Source: Selaginella moellendorffii (taxonomy: Eukaryota > Plantae > Lycopodiophyta). From it: a DNA stretch of 64,000 bases. Position numbers and translations under genes: made by a program. Positions 48,594 to 60,852 of this stretch are shown here, in pieces (the first letter of the stretch is position 1; each line of letters opens with the position of its first letter). The stretch covers positions 1 through 64,000 of the forward strand of contig NW_003314277.1 in the NCBI RefSeq assembly GCF_000143415.4. Direction: 5' to 3'. A model generated the notes under the pieces. It was not told where the DNA came from. It ran no database searches and saw only the letters and a program-made list of their open reading frames with translations.

Positions 48594-49738
48594 TGTAAGG
48601 AACCAACTCGCCGAGGTGTCGTAGGCTAAAGGAACCCCGAAAGCATGACCAAAATGACAAAGAGTTCATCGGATGGGACCAAGTCGAAGATCGAGTCCAA
48701 GACTGACTCTAAGACCGAGTTCGAGATAGAGTCCGAAATCGAGTTCGAGGCCGACTCGGGGACCGAGTTCGAGTCCGAGTTTGAGACCGAGTTCGAGACG
48801 GAGTCCAAGATCCAAAATCGGGTCCAAGATCGAGTCCGAGGTCGAGTCTGAAGTCGAGTCTGAGATCGGGTCCGAGATCGAGTCTGAGATCGAGTCCGAG
48901 ACTGAATCCGAAGTCGGATCTGAAATCGAGTCCGAGATCGAGCCAGAGACTAAGTCCAAATACTAATACGGGTCAAGGGGTGAAAGCCCAAAGCGTGCGT
49001 CTCCCAGGGGGGGGGGGGCGCTGCAAGGGGTTCCAAAAGTATAGTAGGGATAGTGAGGTCCAGGAACCAGTTTAGAAGGGACTCTCCAATAGGGCTTCCA
49101 AACCGACTTAAGGTTGGGATTGGGACCGAGGGGCCTTGGGTGGGAGTGAGCATAGACTTGGTTGGTGCCAGAGGGGCCATCCAAGGAAGTGCTCAAGAGC
49201 AGCTCCCACTCCCGAAAGGGAAACCGATTGCGGTGCTCCAAGCTCATGTGGAGTGGTGCCCCACGTAAGTACCATGCGGCTCATTGGTCCTTGCCCTTCC
49301 TAGGGGCTTGGGCCTTCCTTCGGGATGGAAGTGGGGGGGTAGAGGTACCCATACCAAGCCGCTAGGTCACGGTGTTTTGCCCCGGCGTCCCGAAGCAAGT
49401 GTTGCACTCAAGACTTGGGATTTAGAGGGTCCCATGATCAAGTCTTGTGGTACCAAGGGATGTTAGGAACCTGGAAGCTTGGTGTGCTTGGCTGCTTGTG
49501 CTTGCAGGGAGTGTAGCCGAACCTTAAGTCTAGTCTAACCCGGGGAGGGGGATTGGGAGAGATTGGGAATCCGTGGATGGATGGCTCGTGCAGTGAGTAG
49601 CTGAAAGCAAGTAGGACCAAGTAGGAGTTGGTACCATAGGCGAGAACCTTGGCAAGGGAACTTAGCAAAAGCCAAGGCAGTGTCGGACAGATAGACGAGG
49701 TAAGTTAAGAATTGGAAAGGAAAAATTTGTGGCTTACA
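48594..49738 (+). repeat. 3' LTR of A2
   Basis: TGTAAG...CTTACA; matches the 5' LTR at 42677. Confidence 0.95.
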
Positions 49739-52357
49739 TCAGGTACCTATGGATTTTTTGGTTGCGATCTGGGCAAAGGTATCCTTTTCTTGCATGAACT
49801 TGTGTTTTCTACTCACAAGTTTTTCTTTTAGCCAATTGTCAAGGCAAAGCAAAACTCATATTTGAAGATTATGCAAGTGATGGATGAGGTGCAAAAGAAC
49901 CTTGAACTGCAACAAATTGAACAGCACATTTTGAACTCGAAGAAATCAAAGGTGAAGAAGCTACTTGTGATTGCAAACATTCGCTGCAATAAAGATTAGT
50001 TGGACTGCATTGCAGAGATATGCTCTCGTGGCAGTAAGTTAGTCCCTTTTATCTTTCTCATTCCACTTTGAAATCCTTATCCTTGCAGGAAATGGTAAAG
50101 CATCTGAAGAATCGATCTATAACATTGCAAAAAGCAAGCTCTCCTTCAATGAACAAACCTCTTGCTTAGAACTCCTCAACACTTGGCATTGTAACAATGA
50201 TAAGAGGTTGGAGAGAAAACTTGAGAATGTGATGAAGGAGACGCTTTATATCACTCAGAGTATTGTAGCTGCTGAGGAGCTACTTCAAGTATGGGATATG
50301 AAGTTCCTTACTAGTGCCTGCACCGGCATAACACTTCCAAAATATGTCCGAGCTTCCCTTCAAGAGCTTGGGGATGGATGGCTTCTTGATGGTAGCACAA
50401 GCTCTATGGATTTCAAGAACCAGCCGGGCCAACCATTTTTCTTGCATTGCATGGCATATAAGTATATTGCAAGAAATTGGCTTGTTTATTTAATCATGGC
50501 TCCTTTGTAGGTATTTAATTATTGCCCAGGTGCTCCAGTGTACACAACAAGTGTTTTTCTCAAGCTCTTAACTGGTGGGAAGAAATTTGGCATGTATGAG
50601 CCAGAGTTCTAGTGTTCCACTGCATGGGAGCAAGAACTTTGTCCATGGTACTTGGAGTTGTGGAGGCAAATGCCATTGTCACCTTTTGAGCTTGATCTTT
50701 ACCTCGAGTGTTATTCAAGTTTGATAAGTAAAATTTCCTTGTAGTAACTTATGTTTTTACTTTATTGTAAAGGCACTTTTGGAGGGAGTGGAGATGCCTC
50801 AAGACAGGGACGAGATTCATATGAGCAGACTGAAGATGAACAAGTGGAGAACCCAGCTGAAAACTCTCCTGCCCCATCTCATCCTACAACAGTTGTTCAT
50901 TCCCCAGATCCTACTGCCGCTGCTCGTCCAGCCCCGACTGCTCGAAATGTACGAAGGCAGCTCCATAGTGAGGATGTCCAAGAGAGGAAGAACTTGATTT
51001 CCAATGACCTTGCTTATTGTAATTTGGTTGTAGATGTCAGAGAAACCAGCCAACACTCTATACATCGACGTACAAATGCATTCTTTCCATCCCTCCCCAC
51101 TGCTACAGAGGATGACCTCCAAGAGTTATCTTCATCGGCTTCACATAAACAAGTATGAAAAAAAAAATGTATTAACTTTAATATTTCCTAGTTTTGAACA
51201 CTATTCAGGTTTGCCCTCTTTCTCCTACGGGAAGTGTTGGCAACGTGGAAATAGTTATTGGGGACTACTTTCAACTTTCCAACAACGTGAGCCAAGAGTC
51301 TTCTATGTTCCATTGATGGATGTGAGGATTGGGAATGAACAATACTTTTGGCATCGACCTCACATTCTTCGACCTACCTGATGGGTTACCACCTTTACAA
51401 GGTGACACTCCATCCTGGAACATCCTTCGACTGGATCATATTTCTCAAGCGGTGGATGTGGCATCCAAGGTGTTGTGATACAAAGGCATTATGCTAATCA
51501 TTCTTCCCCGTTCTTTATTTTGGGGAGGTCTTCTTGCAACGATGGCAGAGAATGATAACTTTAGATTGGTTGAGTTTGCATCAAGCTGCCTACTCTCAAA
51601 CATCCTAGTCAAAACAAAAGGAGTAGGTGGCCGAATCCAAAAGGTTTGCATTTCCTTATTTTTCATATCTTGAATTGATTGCCTCTTTTCCTTGTAGGTT
51701 TTAGCATAGAACTACCATGCTCTCTGTTGCTACTCTTGCCGTCACAGTATTACATAAGCTGATGAGTGTGCAAGTTTGGCATTGCCAAGATATGATAGCT
51801 CAACAAATATCATCCCGAATGTCATCGACAAGGACCATCATATAGAGTTCCCTAGTTATCGACACTATTCACCAAAAGCCATGCAAATCCTCCTAGAGTT
51901 GTTTTGTCCTCCTAAGGGGATTATGCTTGATGTTGTCAAGACCCCCAACAAGATCAAGACTGGAAAATGCAAAAGACAAAGAGAAAAGCTAGTGGAAACA
52001 AAGAAGAAGCCTTAGACTGGCGTTGATTTAGATTGTGGAGAAATAAAACAAGGCTAACGTATATATACTATAGGTTGATGAAGCTCCACCATTCTTAGAT
52101 CGAGGACGGCCTAAATATAGCTGAGGTCGAGGAGGTGCCACATCAACATCAGGAATGTGGCTCGAGACTCAAGAATCGTATACGAAATCAGAGAATCAGG
52201 AATAGGGAAGATTCTCGAGAGTCAGGAATAGGGAAGTGTCTCGAGAGTCAGGAATAGGGAAGTGTCTCGAGACTCAGGAATGTGGTCTGCAGGTCAGGAA
52301 TCCGGCGAGAGTCAGGAATGTGGCAAGAATTGGGGGATTCCTGATAGCACCCCCTCC

Positions 52358-55300
52358 TCAAGAACGAGTGGAACGAGGATGTGAACGAGAACAACGAGGA
52401 GAATGAGATGAGCAGCGAGGGATGGGAGATGGAGAAAAAGAATGAGGACTGGGACGAGAAGGATAGCGGCGGTGGAAGTCCTGAACAAGGTCAGGAGAAT
52501 GAATCAGGTTGTCTGCAGGTTCCCAAGTGCGTTCCTCAGGTCCGCAACCCTTCCAGTCGACCAAATAGTAGAGTTTAGACCGTGAAATCTTGGAATCAAG
52601 GATGTCCTGAACCTCGTACTCAGACCCATCCTCAAGCTGCATTGGTGGAGGTAGAGGAATGACACGATTGGGAATAGGACTGGGAATATAAGGCTCAAGG
52701 AGAGAGGAGTGAAAAACGGGGTGAATTTGATATGAGAAGGGAAGTGCAAGGCGATAAGTGACAGGATTAATGATGGTAGTGATAAGGAAAGGACTGAGGC
52801 ATTTGAAATCAAGTTTTGGACAGGGCCTGGTGGTGGAGATATTTCGCCTGAGGAGCCAGACTTTATCCCCAATATTGTAAGGGGGACAATCCTGACGATG
52901 GACATTGGCAAATGTTTTGTGAGATTCTTGAGCACGATGGAGGTGGAAGGAGATGGAGTTGTGGATTTCCTAGAGGTTGGAGACAAATGCCTCAGAGCGG
53001 GGATTTGAACGAGAGGATTCAGATGGAGAAGGAAGTGAGAGATTGAATCAGGGATTTCGACCAGAGTTTGCAAAGAAGGGGGAAATTCGAAGAGAGGAGT
53101 GAACAAAGTTGTTATAGGAGAACTCAGCAAGGGGAAGGATATCAAACTAGTTATCCTGATGATAATTGATGAAGCACCTCAAGAATTGTTCCAACATCTG
53201 AATTGTTCGCTCAGACTGCCTATCAATTTGAGGATGATATGGTGAAGAGAGGTTGCCCTTCACTCCAAGCAGCTGCAAAAACCATTGCCAAAAATGAGAG
53301 ATGAACTAAGGCCCCCGATCCGAAACCACATCTGTAGCAATCCCATGAAGTCGGAAAATTTCCCTGAATACCAATTTTGCCATGTCCTCGCCCGAAAACT
53401 CCTTGGTACATGGCAAGAAGTGCGCCATCTTTGTGAAGCGATCCACCACGACTAAAATGCTGTTGAAGCCTCCAGAACTTGGAAGATCACTCAAGAAATC
53501 CATGGAGATGGATTCCCAAGGACCTGAAAGGACTGGGAAGGAATGAAGCAAACCTAAAGAAAGGTGGCAAGGTATCTTATTCCGGGCGCAAGTGTCACAG
53601 GAGGTAACAAAAGCTTTGATGTAGTCGTCCATGTGAGGCCACCAAAAGTCCCGTGCAACTAGCTCATAGGTTTTCACAATGCCGAAGTGACCAGCAGTCG
53701 GGCTATCGTGGCACGCCATCAGGACCAACTTTCGAGCATCACCTTCAGGAACGTAAAGCTGCTCCCCACGGTACAATAAGCCATCCAAGAACTCGAACTC
53801 ATCAAATCGCCGGCAGTTGGGAGTCACTGGGTGTCCAGCCTGAAGATGGGGGAAAATGTCGCTGGCGAGATCATCGGATTGAAGATCGTTTCTGATCGCA
53901 TCCATCAAAGAGGAGTCCTGAGGGAAATTGCCATAACTTGAAGCCAATCATGACCGAGGATAACTTGATCTTGTTGATCAAAGGCAGGATTACCAAGCCT
54001 GAGACTGAGATAGGAGCGCCTTGAAAGAGCATCAGGAAGGCCTTGAAGCTTTCCAGGTCTGTACTTGATAACAAAGTCAAACCGACTCAGGAATTGTGCC
54101 CACCTTGCTTGACGACGGCTTAAAACTCGGGAAGTGGTAAAGTACTCGAGATTTTTGTGATCTGTCCAGGCTGTTGTTTGATGGCCCGCCCCCTCCAAGA
54201 AACGGCGCCACTCTCCAAAGGAATCCATGATGGCAAGGAGCTCCTTGTCGTGGATTTCGTAATTGATCTCCGCAGGTTGGAATTTCTGAGAATGGAAAAC
54301 GACCGAATGAAGTTCTTAATCTGCTCCGAGTTGAGACAGCACAGCACCGATGGCAAAGTTAGAGGCGTCAGCCTCGATGAAGAAAGGTTGGGAGGAATCA
54401 GCATGGATCAAAACGAGAGCAGAACTGAAGGCCGCTTTGAGTGTGTCGAAGGCCTGCTGGGCAGCAGCAAACCAAGAGAAGGGAACATCCTTGCGAGTGA
54501 GATGCGTGAGAGGAAGGACAATATCAGAGTAGTGATCAATGAATTTGCGGTAGAAGTTGGCGAAGCCAAGGAAAACCTAAACGTCCGACATTGATTGTGG
54601 AGGCTCCCACTCAAGAATAGTCTTGACTTTGGCAGGATCCATCGTGATACCCTCAGGAGTGACAATGTACCCAAGGAACTCCACAGACTGCTGATCGAAG
54701 GAACATTTCTCAAGCTTCGCGTATAGGCCATGTTCTCACAGCTTCGCCAGCACCTTGCGTACATGGTCGTCGTGCTCCTCCTGAGTTTTTGAGTAGCTAA
54801 GGATGTCATCAAGGTAGACGATCACCATCTGATCAAGAAACTCCCGAAAGACGTCGTTTGCCATGTGTTGGAAAACTGCTGGAGCATTTGTCAAGCCAAA
54901 TGGCATGACAATGTACTCGAAGTGGCCATAGCGGGTTCGGAATGCAGTCTTCCATTCATCACCAGGCCGGATCCGGATCAGGTTGTATGCTCCACGGAGG
55001 TCGATCTTGGTGAAGAAGCGGGCACCGCCGAGGCGTTCCAACAAGTCCGAGATCAGGGGCAGCAGATAACGGTTCTGAACAGTCACCTTGTTCAAACCTC
55101 GATAGTCGATGACTAGCCGCAAACTCCCATCCTTCTTCTTGACAAAGAAGACAGGTGCTCCAGCTGGAGACTGTGAATGCTGAATGTACCCCAAGGCAAG
55201 GTTCTCATCCACGTACTCTTTGAGGGCCTTAAGCTCGGACGGGGATAACCCGTAGATAGGCCCCCACGGAGGTGACACTTCTTCCTGTAAATCAATGGGA

Positions 55301-57068
55301 TAGTCATAAGGCCGATGAATAGGCAGTACACTAGCTTTTTTCTTGTCAAACACATCCCCAAAATCATGATACTTCTCAAGAAGACTGACAGGAAAAACAT
55401 GCAAAGCAAAAAGGAAAATATGTTCTTCATGAAGGAGTTCTTTCATAGTGATTGTGGAGATAGAAGGAGGTGTACGACTAAATGGAATGATGAGACGAGG
55501 ATACTATCTAGTGTAAGATGGAAGAGAGGAAAAAGAAGAGGGTGAAAACTTCATAGAGTAAGGAACAGAATCTTGATTTGAGTTTAGGGAACTTTTCCTG
55601 ATTTGGACTCGATGAACAGCAGGGGAAGCTGTGGGAGATGGTGATGTAGGAGAGATGAGCTGTAATTCCTTCCAACAGATCTAAGGCTGATGTAGTTGAA
55701 ACCAAGGAAGACCGAGCACCACAGAGGAGGACTTGCTATTGATGATGTTGAAGGCGATATCGGTGACGGTGGACCCGATGTGTACTCGAATAGACAATGT
55801 TTCCCTAAGTCCAGAAGATGGAGACATAAAATGCCTTCCGATGCCTTCAACCCTCAGATCCCGTATGGTAGAAGAAAGAGGAGCGTGATGTCGGACAACA
55901 AAGTCCATGTCCATGAAGTAGGAAGTTGCACTCGAGTCCAGTAGCGCCAGAGCCTTGAGTCCTGATTGTCCGGTGAAAGAAAGGAGACATGGGACGTGGA
56001 AGTTGCGAGAATTGGTGGTGGCTTTGATGAAAGGTGGTGAGGAGCTTGATAAAGAAGAAAAGTGATTTTTATTTGGGGAGTCCAAACAGACAGCTCCTAC
56101 TCTGTTTGGACAGGGTCGTTTCCCGACTGCAACAGAGGTGGACTTTGAGGTAGAGTGAACTCAAGCAGTCGGGGAAGCTTCTTGGGACACACAGCTGCTT
56201 TGTGATTAGGATCAGCACAGTAGAGGCAAAGATTATGAGATATTCGACGTTGCTTCTCAGCAGGACTCAACTTCCCTCTAATGAGTCAAGGAGTACCAGA
56301 AATATCCATCGAGACCGAAGCAGTAGGTTCAGGAGTATGCCCCGAAGACTCAAGCTGAGATTCCTGAGTCTGGGACGGAAAAACAGCGGCACGGCGACTT
56401 TCCTGACGACGTTCAAAGAGACTATTGTCACATTAAACAGCTTTGTTGATGGCGTCCGACAGGTCCTTGGGATCCTCCATGGTGAGCAACAAATCCTTGA
56501 CACCGTTGTTGAGGCCGAAATGAAATTGGTCAATCAGGGCCCGCTCATCCCACTGAGTGTCCAAGGCAAGGAGTTGGAACTCTGCAGCATAGATCGAGGC
56601 AGGACGAGACCCTTGAGAGAGACTTCTCATCTTTGTGGTAGCAGCCTGAACCCGATCTGTCTCGCCAAAACATGCTTCGAGCTTCTCTTTGAACAATTGA
56701 AGATCCATCAGCTCTGGAACCATGACCCCTTTCATGCTCTTCTCCAGAAGAGGAGAAAACTATGACAAAGCTGCACCTTCAAGCAACGTCCCAATCGCGC
56801 CGATTTGAGACTCGGGAGTGGGGTACCGCCGATGTTGAAGTGCAAAGATCAGCTCCATCTGGTTCAGAAATCCGCGAAGCTCCAAATGCTTGCCTGAAAT
56901 TTTCACCGGGAAACTCACCTTTGGTTCAGGAACTTTGCTGGATCCTTGAGCCGAAAGTGAAGCAAGCTCCTGCTGCATGCGAAGAAGGGTCGCCTTCATC
57001 TCGGTATTCTCAGACTGGATTTTTGCAAGGACTTCGGCAAAGAAATCAGGATGGCTTAGAGACTCCAT
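52358..57068 (-). pseudogene. gag and pol (PR-RT-RH-IN-chromodomain) of B2, with stops and frameshifts
   Basis: Gag starts MESLSHPDFF. Other motifs are [52 protein letters not shown], and chromodomain YEVQDILDS..YLVDWKG..TWEP. Confidence 0.92.
56080..56124 (-). promoter_or_regulatory. Putative -1 ribosomal frameshift signal at the gag/pol junction of B2
   Basis: Sense strand reads GGGAAAC, a 6-nt spacer, then an 11-bp stem GTCCAAACAGA / TCTGTTTGGAC. Confidence 0.75.
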
Positions 57069-57146
57069 TGGCAAGAAGAAAGAAAAAAGGGAGAAAAAGA
57101 CAAAGGCAATCAAACAATTGAAACAAGCTAAAGCAAAAGAAAAAAG

Positions 57147-57161
57147 CACAATCTGAATCAA
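57147..57161 (-). promoter_or_regulatory. Putative self-priming PBS of B2
   Basis: TTGATTCAGATTGTG follows the 5' LTR and is complementary to LTR 57253-57267, ~30 nt downstream of a TATATATA box. No TGG tRNA-type PBS is present. Confidence 0.75.
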
Positions 57162-58131
57162 ATCGTCAAGACCCCCAACAAGATCAAAACTGGAAAATGC
57201 AAAAGACAAAGACAAAAACTAGTGGAAACAAAGAAAAAGCCTTAGACTGGTGTTGATTCAGATTGTGGAGAAATGGAACAAGGCTAACCTATATATACCA
57301 TAGGTTGATGAAGCTCCACCACTCTTAGATCGAGGACGGCCTAAATATAGCTGAGGTCAAGGAGGCGCCACATCAACATCAGGAATGTGGCTCGAGACTC
57401 AGGAATCGTACAGGAAATCAGAGAATCAGGAATAGGGAAGATTCTCGAAAGTCAGGAATAGGGAAGTGTCTCGAGAATCAAGAATGTGGTTTGCAGGTCA
57501 GGAATCCTGCGAGAGTCAGGAATCTGGCGAGAGTCAGGAATGTGGCAAGAATTGGGGGATTCCTGACAGATGTTACAACAAGTTCTGGTTCGATGGTGCT
57601 AGTGGCTAAAGAGACTAGGCATGCAATTTTTGCACTAGAGAAGGAGATATAGTCTCCTAGATGAGTTTGATGCTCAGCTACGTTGAAAGTGGAGAGCCGG
57701 AGGTGGGGCTTGATCTATTCACATAATTCCATCATAGTTGTGTATATTAGGTGGATCGATGATGTGGGCTATAATTTGCCATGTTATGCAGAAGCAATGG
57801 CACAAGCTCATATACAACATGAGCCCACAATTAGAGAGCATAATACCATATGAACTCTTCCTTTTGTGGATGTGGATGCCGACGAAGACTAAGTTTAGTT
57901 CTTTTTCTAGTTGAATTTTTTAGTGGTAATATAGAGTTTCTTCTTTGACTTATGATATTTATTTTATATTATTTAGCTTTTTCTTGGACTGAAAATATGT
58001 CTTAAGTTTTGAATAGAATTGTTGGTTCATCCCGAACCAATCATTTAAATATCAACTTTTGTATTTGGTGGACTATATTGACTTTCATTAACTTTCATTG
58101 ACTTGAGCTCAGCTCAAAAACTACCCAGCCC

Positions 58132-59083
58132 CCAGGAAATCCATAACTCCATCTCCTTCCACCTCCATCATGCTTAGGAATCTCACAAAATATTCGCCAA
58201 TGTCCATCATCAAGATTGTCCCCTTTACAATATTGGGGATAAAATCTGGCTCCTCAAGCAAAATATGTCCACTACTAGGCCATGTCCCAAACTTGATTTC
58301 AAATGCCTTGGTCCTTTCCCTATCATTGCCATCATTAATCCTGTCACTTATCACCTTGCACTTCCCTTCTCATATCAAATTCACCCCATTTTTCACTCCT
58401 CTCTCCTTGAGCTTTATATTCCTAGTCCTATTCCAAATTGAGTCCTTCCTCCACCTCCACCAGTGCAGCTCGAGGATGGGTCTGAGTATGAGGTTTAGGA
58501 CATCCTTGATTCCAAGATCCCACGGTCTAAACTCTACTATCTGGTAGACTAAAAGGGTTACGGACCTGAGGAACACACTTGAGAACCTACGGACAACCTA
58601 ATTCATTCTTCTGACCTTATTCAGGACTTCCACCGTCACTATCCTTCTTGTCCCAGTTCTCATTCTTTTCATTCTCTATTTCCCATCCCTCAATGCCCAT
58701 CTCATCCTCCTCTTCGTTCTCATTCACATCCTCATTCCACTCATTCTTGAGGAGGGGGTGCTGTCAAGAATCCCCCAATTCTTGCCACATTCCTGACTCT
58801 CGAGACACTTCCCTATTCCTGACTCTATGATTTCCCGTACGATTCCTGATTCTCGAACCACATTCCTAATGATGACATGGCACCTCCTCAACCTCAACTA
58901 TATTAAGGCATCCTCGATCCAAGAGTGGTGAAACTTCATTAACCTATAGTATATATATAGGTTAGCCTTGATCTATTTCTCCACAATCTGAATCAACACC
59001 AATTTAAGGCTTTTTCTTCGTCTCCACTAGCTTTTCTCTGTCTTCTGCATTTTCTAGTCTTGATCTTGTTGGGGGTCTTGACA
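58132..59083 (+). mobile_element. 3' end of B1: integrase C-terminus, chromodomain, PPT and 3' LTR (58762-59083)
   Basis: Resumes exactly where 23672 stops when aligned to B2. LTR is TGTCAAG...TTGACA. Confidence 0.92.
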
Positions 59084-59099
59084 TATATAAAGAGTAGAT

Positions 59100-60852
59100 A
59101 CACATTCTGAATGACCTCAATACTAGACTCAGAGAAGGAGAAAAAAGTTTGGACAATATGATGGAGATTGTGATGAGGAAGACTATTTACATTTCACAAA
59201 CTATATATGAAGGAGAGATGTTTTTAGCGCCTTTCATAGGGGATAATTTTGAGTAACTTCCATTGAAGGACTTCGTCACCATTGAGTTTACAAAACTCAA
59301 AGATGACTGGCTACCAAAGAAGGCTACAAGCATGACTCTATTTGATAAATAGCTTGGCCAACCTTACTTCATGTGGCAAGTAGCTTTCAGTTAACATATA
59401 ATTTCTCAACTATACTCAATTTGTTTATATTCTATTGTAGGTATCTCCAATATAAAGGTATTCCTCTTGAAACACCAATATGCAATTGACTCCTGAGGCA
59501 TGGCATGAGAGATGGAGACATATACCTGACAACAATGAAGTTTCCAGCAGTGATAAAGTAAGTTTGTCCTTAGGAATTGGAATGCTAGATTATACACCAA
59601 CCCACCAAGAGGCTGCAAGAGGCAACAATAAAGATGTGCCAAATGACGAAAATGATTGCTATGAGAATGTCAACATTGTCAGTGCCAATGGCAAAGAGAG
59701 TGAAGATGGCAATGAGAACAACTTGCAAGAAATTCCTCAGGAGGAAGTGGAGCAAGAGAACCAAGACGTACAAGAAGTTTTACCATAACAAAAGCGTGCA
59801 AATCTAGATATGGAGGAATTAGACAATAGTGATGACAATCATCCAAGATGTGCTAGTAACCAAGGAACTTATCGAGGTATATTTCTCTTAATTCTCTCAT
59901 ATTCTTAATTCCTCAAAATGGTTGCAACAAAAATTGTTGGGAGCAACTTCATTCCAGCTCGTCTTGATGCTTGAGAAGAGGACTTAGAGCAACTTACATC
60001 TATCACATGCCACATGACAGTATATAAATTTTTCTTAATTTCACATCTTATCTGTCTTCTTGCCCTAGATTTGTCCTAATTTTCCAGTGGCATTCCATGG
60101 TGAAGTTGGGATTTTATTGGCTCCTACAATTCATTGATGGCATCTTTCGAGGAGGATGTTGAGAATATGGCTACCAGCAAAAGTGGGAGCATTTTTGTCA
60201 GAAGATCCATAGGCAACCGCTCAAGAGTATAAACTTTATGCTCTTTGATATGCCAAGCTAGAACATCTTAACTAAAGACCATTTGAAGGATGCTTCTAAC
60301 AGCAATTTTCCTTCACACAACTAGTCAAATTGCCTTCATTTTGCCGAATAACCCCCATTAGTTGTCCTGCTTCATAAGGTATACAACTCGAGTCAACTTC
60401 AAAAGGTTCTTTTTCAAGTGCATCATGGATAGTGTTGAGGTTGAGACCAAAGGCATCCTAGGCATGCCAGAAAAGGTAAGAAATCATTTTATGTTTTGGG
60501 TTGTCTCTAAAGTTTTATTATTTAGATTATGATATGGACTTACCATATGTTTTACAAAAGAGGAAATGAAGGTTTTCGTGATAGCAAATGTGTTGCACGG
60601 GTTTTGCCAAGGTATGATAACTCTACTAACATCATACCAAATCTCATAAATGACCACATCTGCAACACATTATTTGGGTATCAATTCCAATCTCCATCAC
60701 TGATGCATGTCTTACTTGAGCTTTATTACCCAATTAGAGGTGTTATCATCAATTACACAATAGGTAGTGGTTCGATAGTCAAGGTAGCACATGACTTTAG
60801 TAAATTGGTGTTTGCAATTGAAGAATATGAGTTCTTCAAATGCTGTCTTTAG
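59100..60852 (+). pseudogene. Degenerate paralog of the MULE-cargo DNA MTase-like domain, outside the nest; start approximate
   Basis: SINFMLFDMPS*NIL (60226-) aligns to GIDLTFFDLP..PSWNIL, and LPRYDNSTNIIPN aligns to LPRYDSSTNIIPN. Also SPSLMHVLLELYYPIRGVIINYTIGSGSIVKVA..VFAIE. Confidence 0.65.

Larger units (their letters stand above)
42677..49738 (+). mobile_element. Ty3/gypsy chromovirus family A, copy A2
   Basis: 5-bp TSD TCAGG (42672-42676 / 49739-49743). LTRs are 42677-43674 (truncated) and 48594-49738. A ~470-bp deletion removes the LTR end, PBS and gag start. Confidence 0.96.
51934..57568 (-). mobile_element. Ty3/gypsy chromovirus family B, copy B2 (full length; Tf1/Tcn1/sushi-like features)
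   Basis: 5-bp TSD GATGT (51929-51933 / 57569-57573). LTRs are 51934-52346 and 57164-57568. PPT is at 52347-52362. Confidence 0.96.
41540..57892 (+). pseudogene. MULE cargo gene: ParB-like domain plus beta-class N6A/N4C DNA methyltransferase-like domain; split by gypsy A2 and B2; boundaries approximate
   Basis: ParB-like motifs are LEIPFCRLKQSHWVR..SFTEVGF..SFIV and FFIIDGNHQW (42286-42315). Motif-IV-like GIDLTFFDLPDG is at 51350-51385, followed by ASKVL*YKGIMLIIL. Rejoining across the B2 TSD gives YSPKAMQILLELFCPPKGIMLDV|TTSSGSMVLVAKETRHAIFALEKE. Short GT-AG introns, stops and frameshifts are present. Confidence 0.75.
23673..58131 (-). mobile_element. Mutator-like (MULE) DNA transposon, ~8.6 kb after removing three nested insertions; carries a ParB-MTase cargo gene
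   Basis: 9-bp TSD CCAAGAAAT (23664-23672) / CCAGGAAAT (58132-58140) splits the B1 integrase. Short imperfect TIRs are GAGCCCGGGTAGGTTTTGAGTT..GAGCTC versus (reverse complement) GGGCTGGGTAGTTTTTGAGCTGAGCTC. Contains a MULE-type transposase. Confidence 0.85.
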
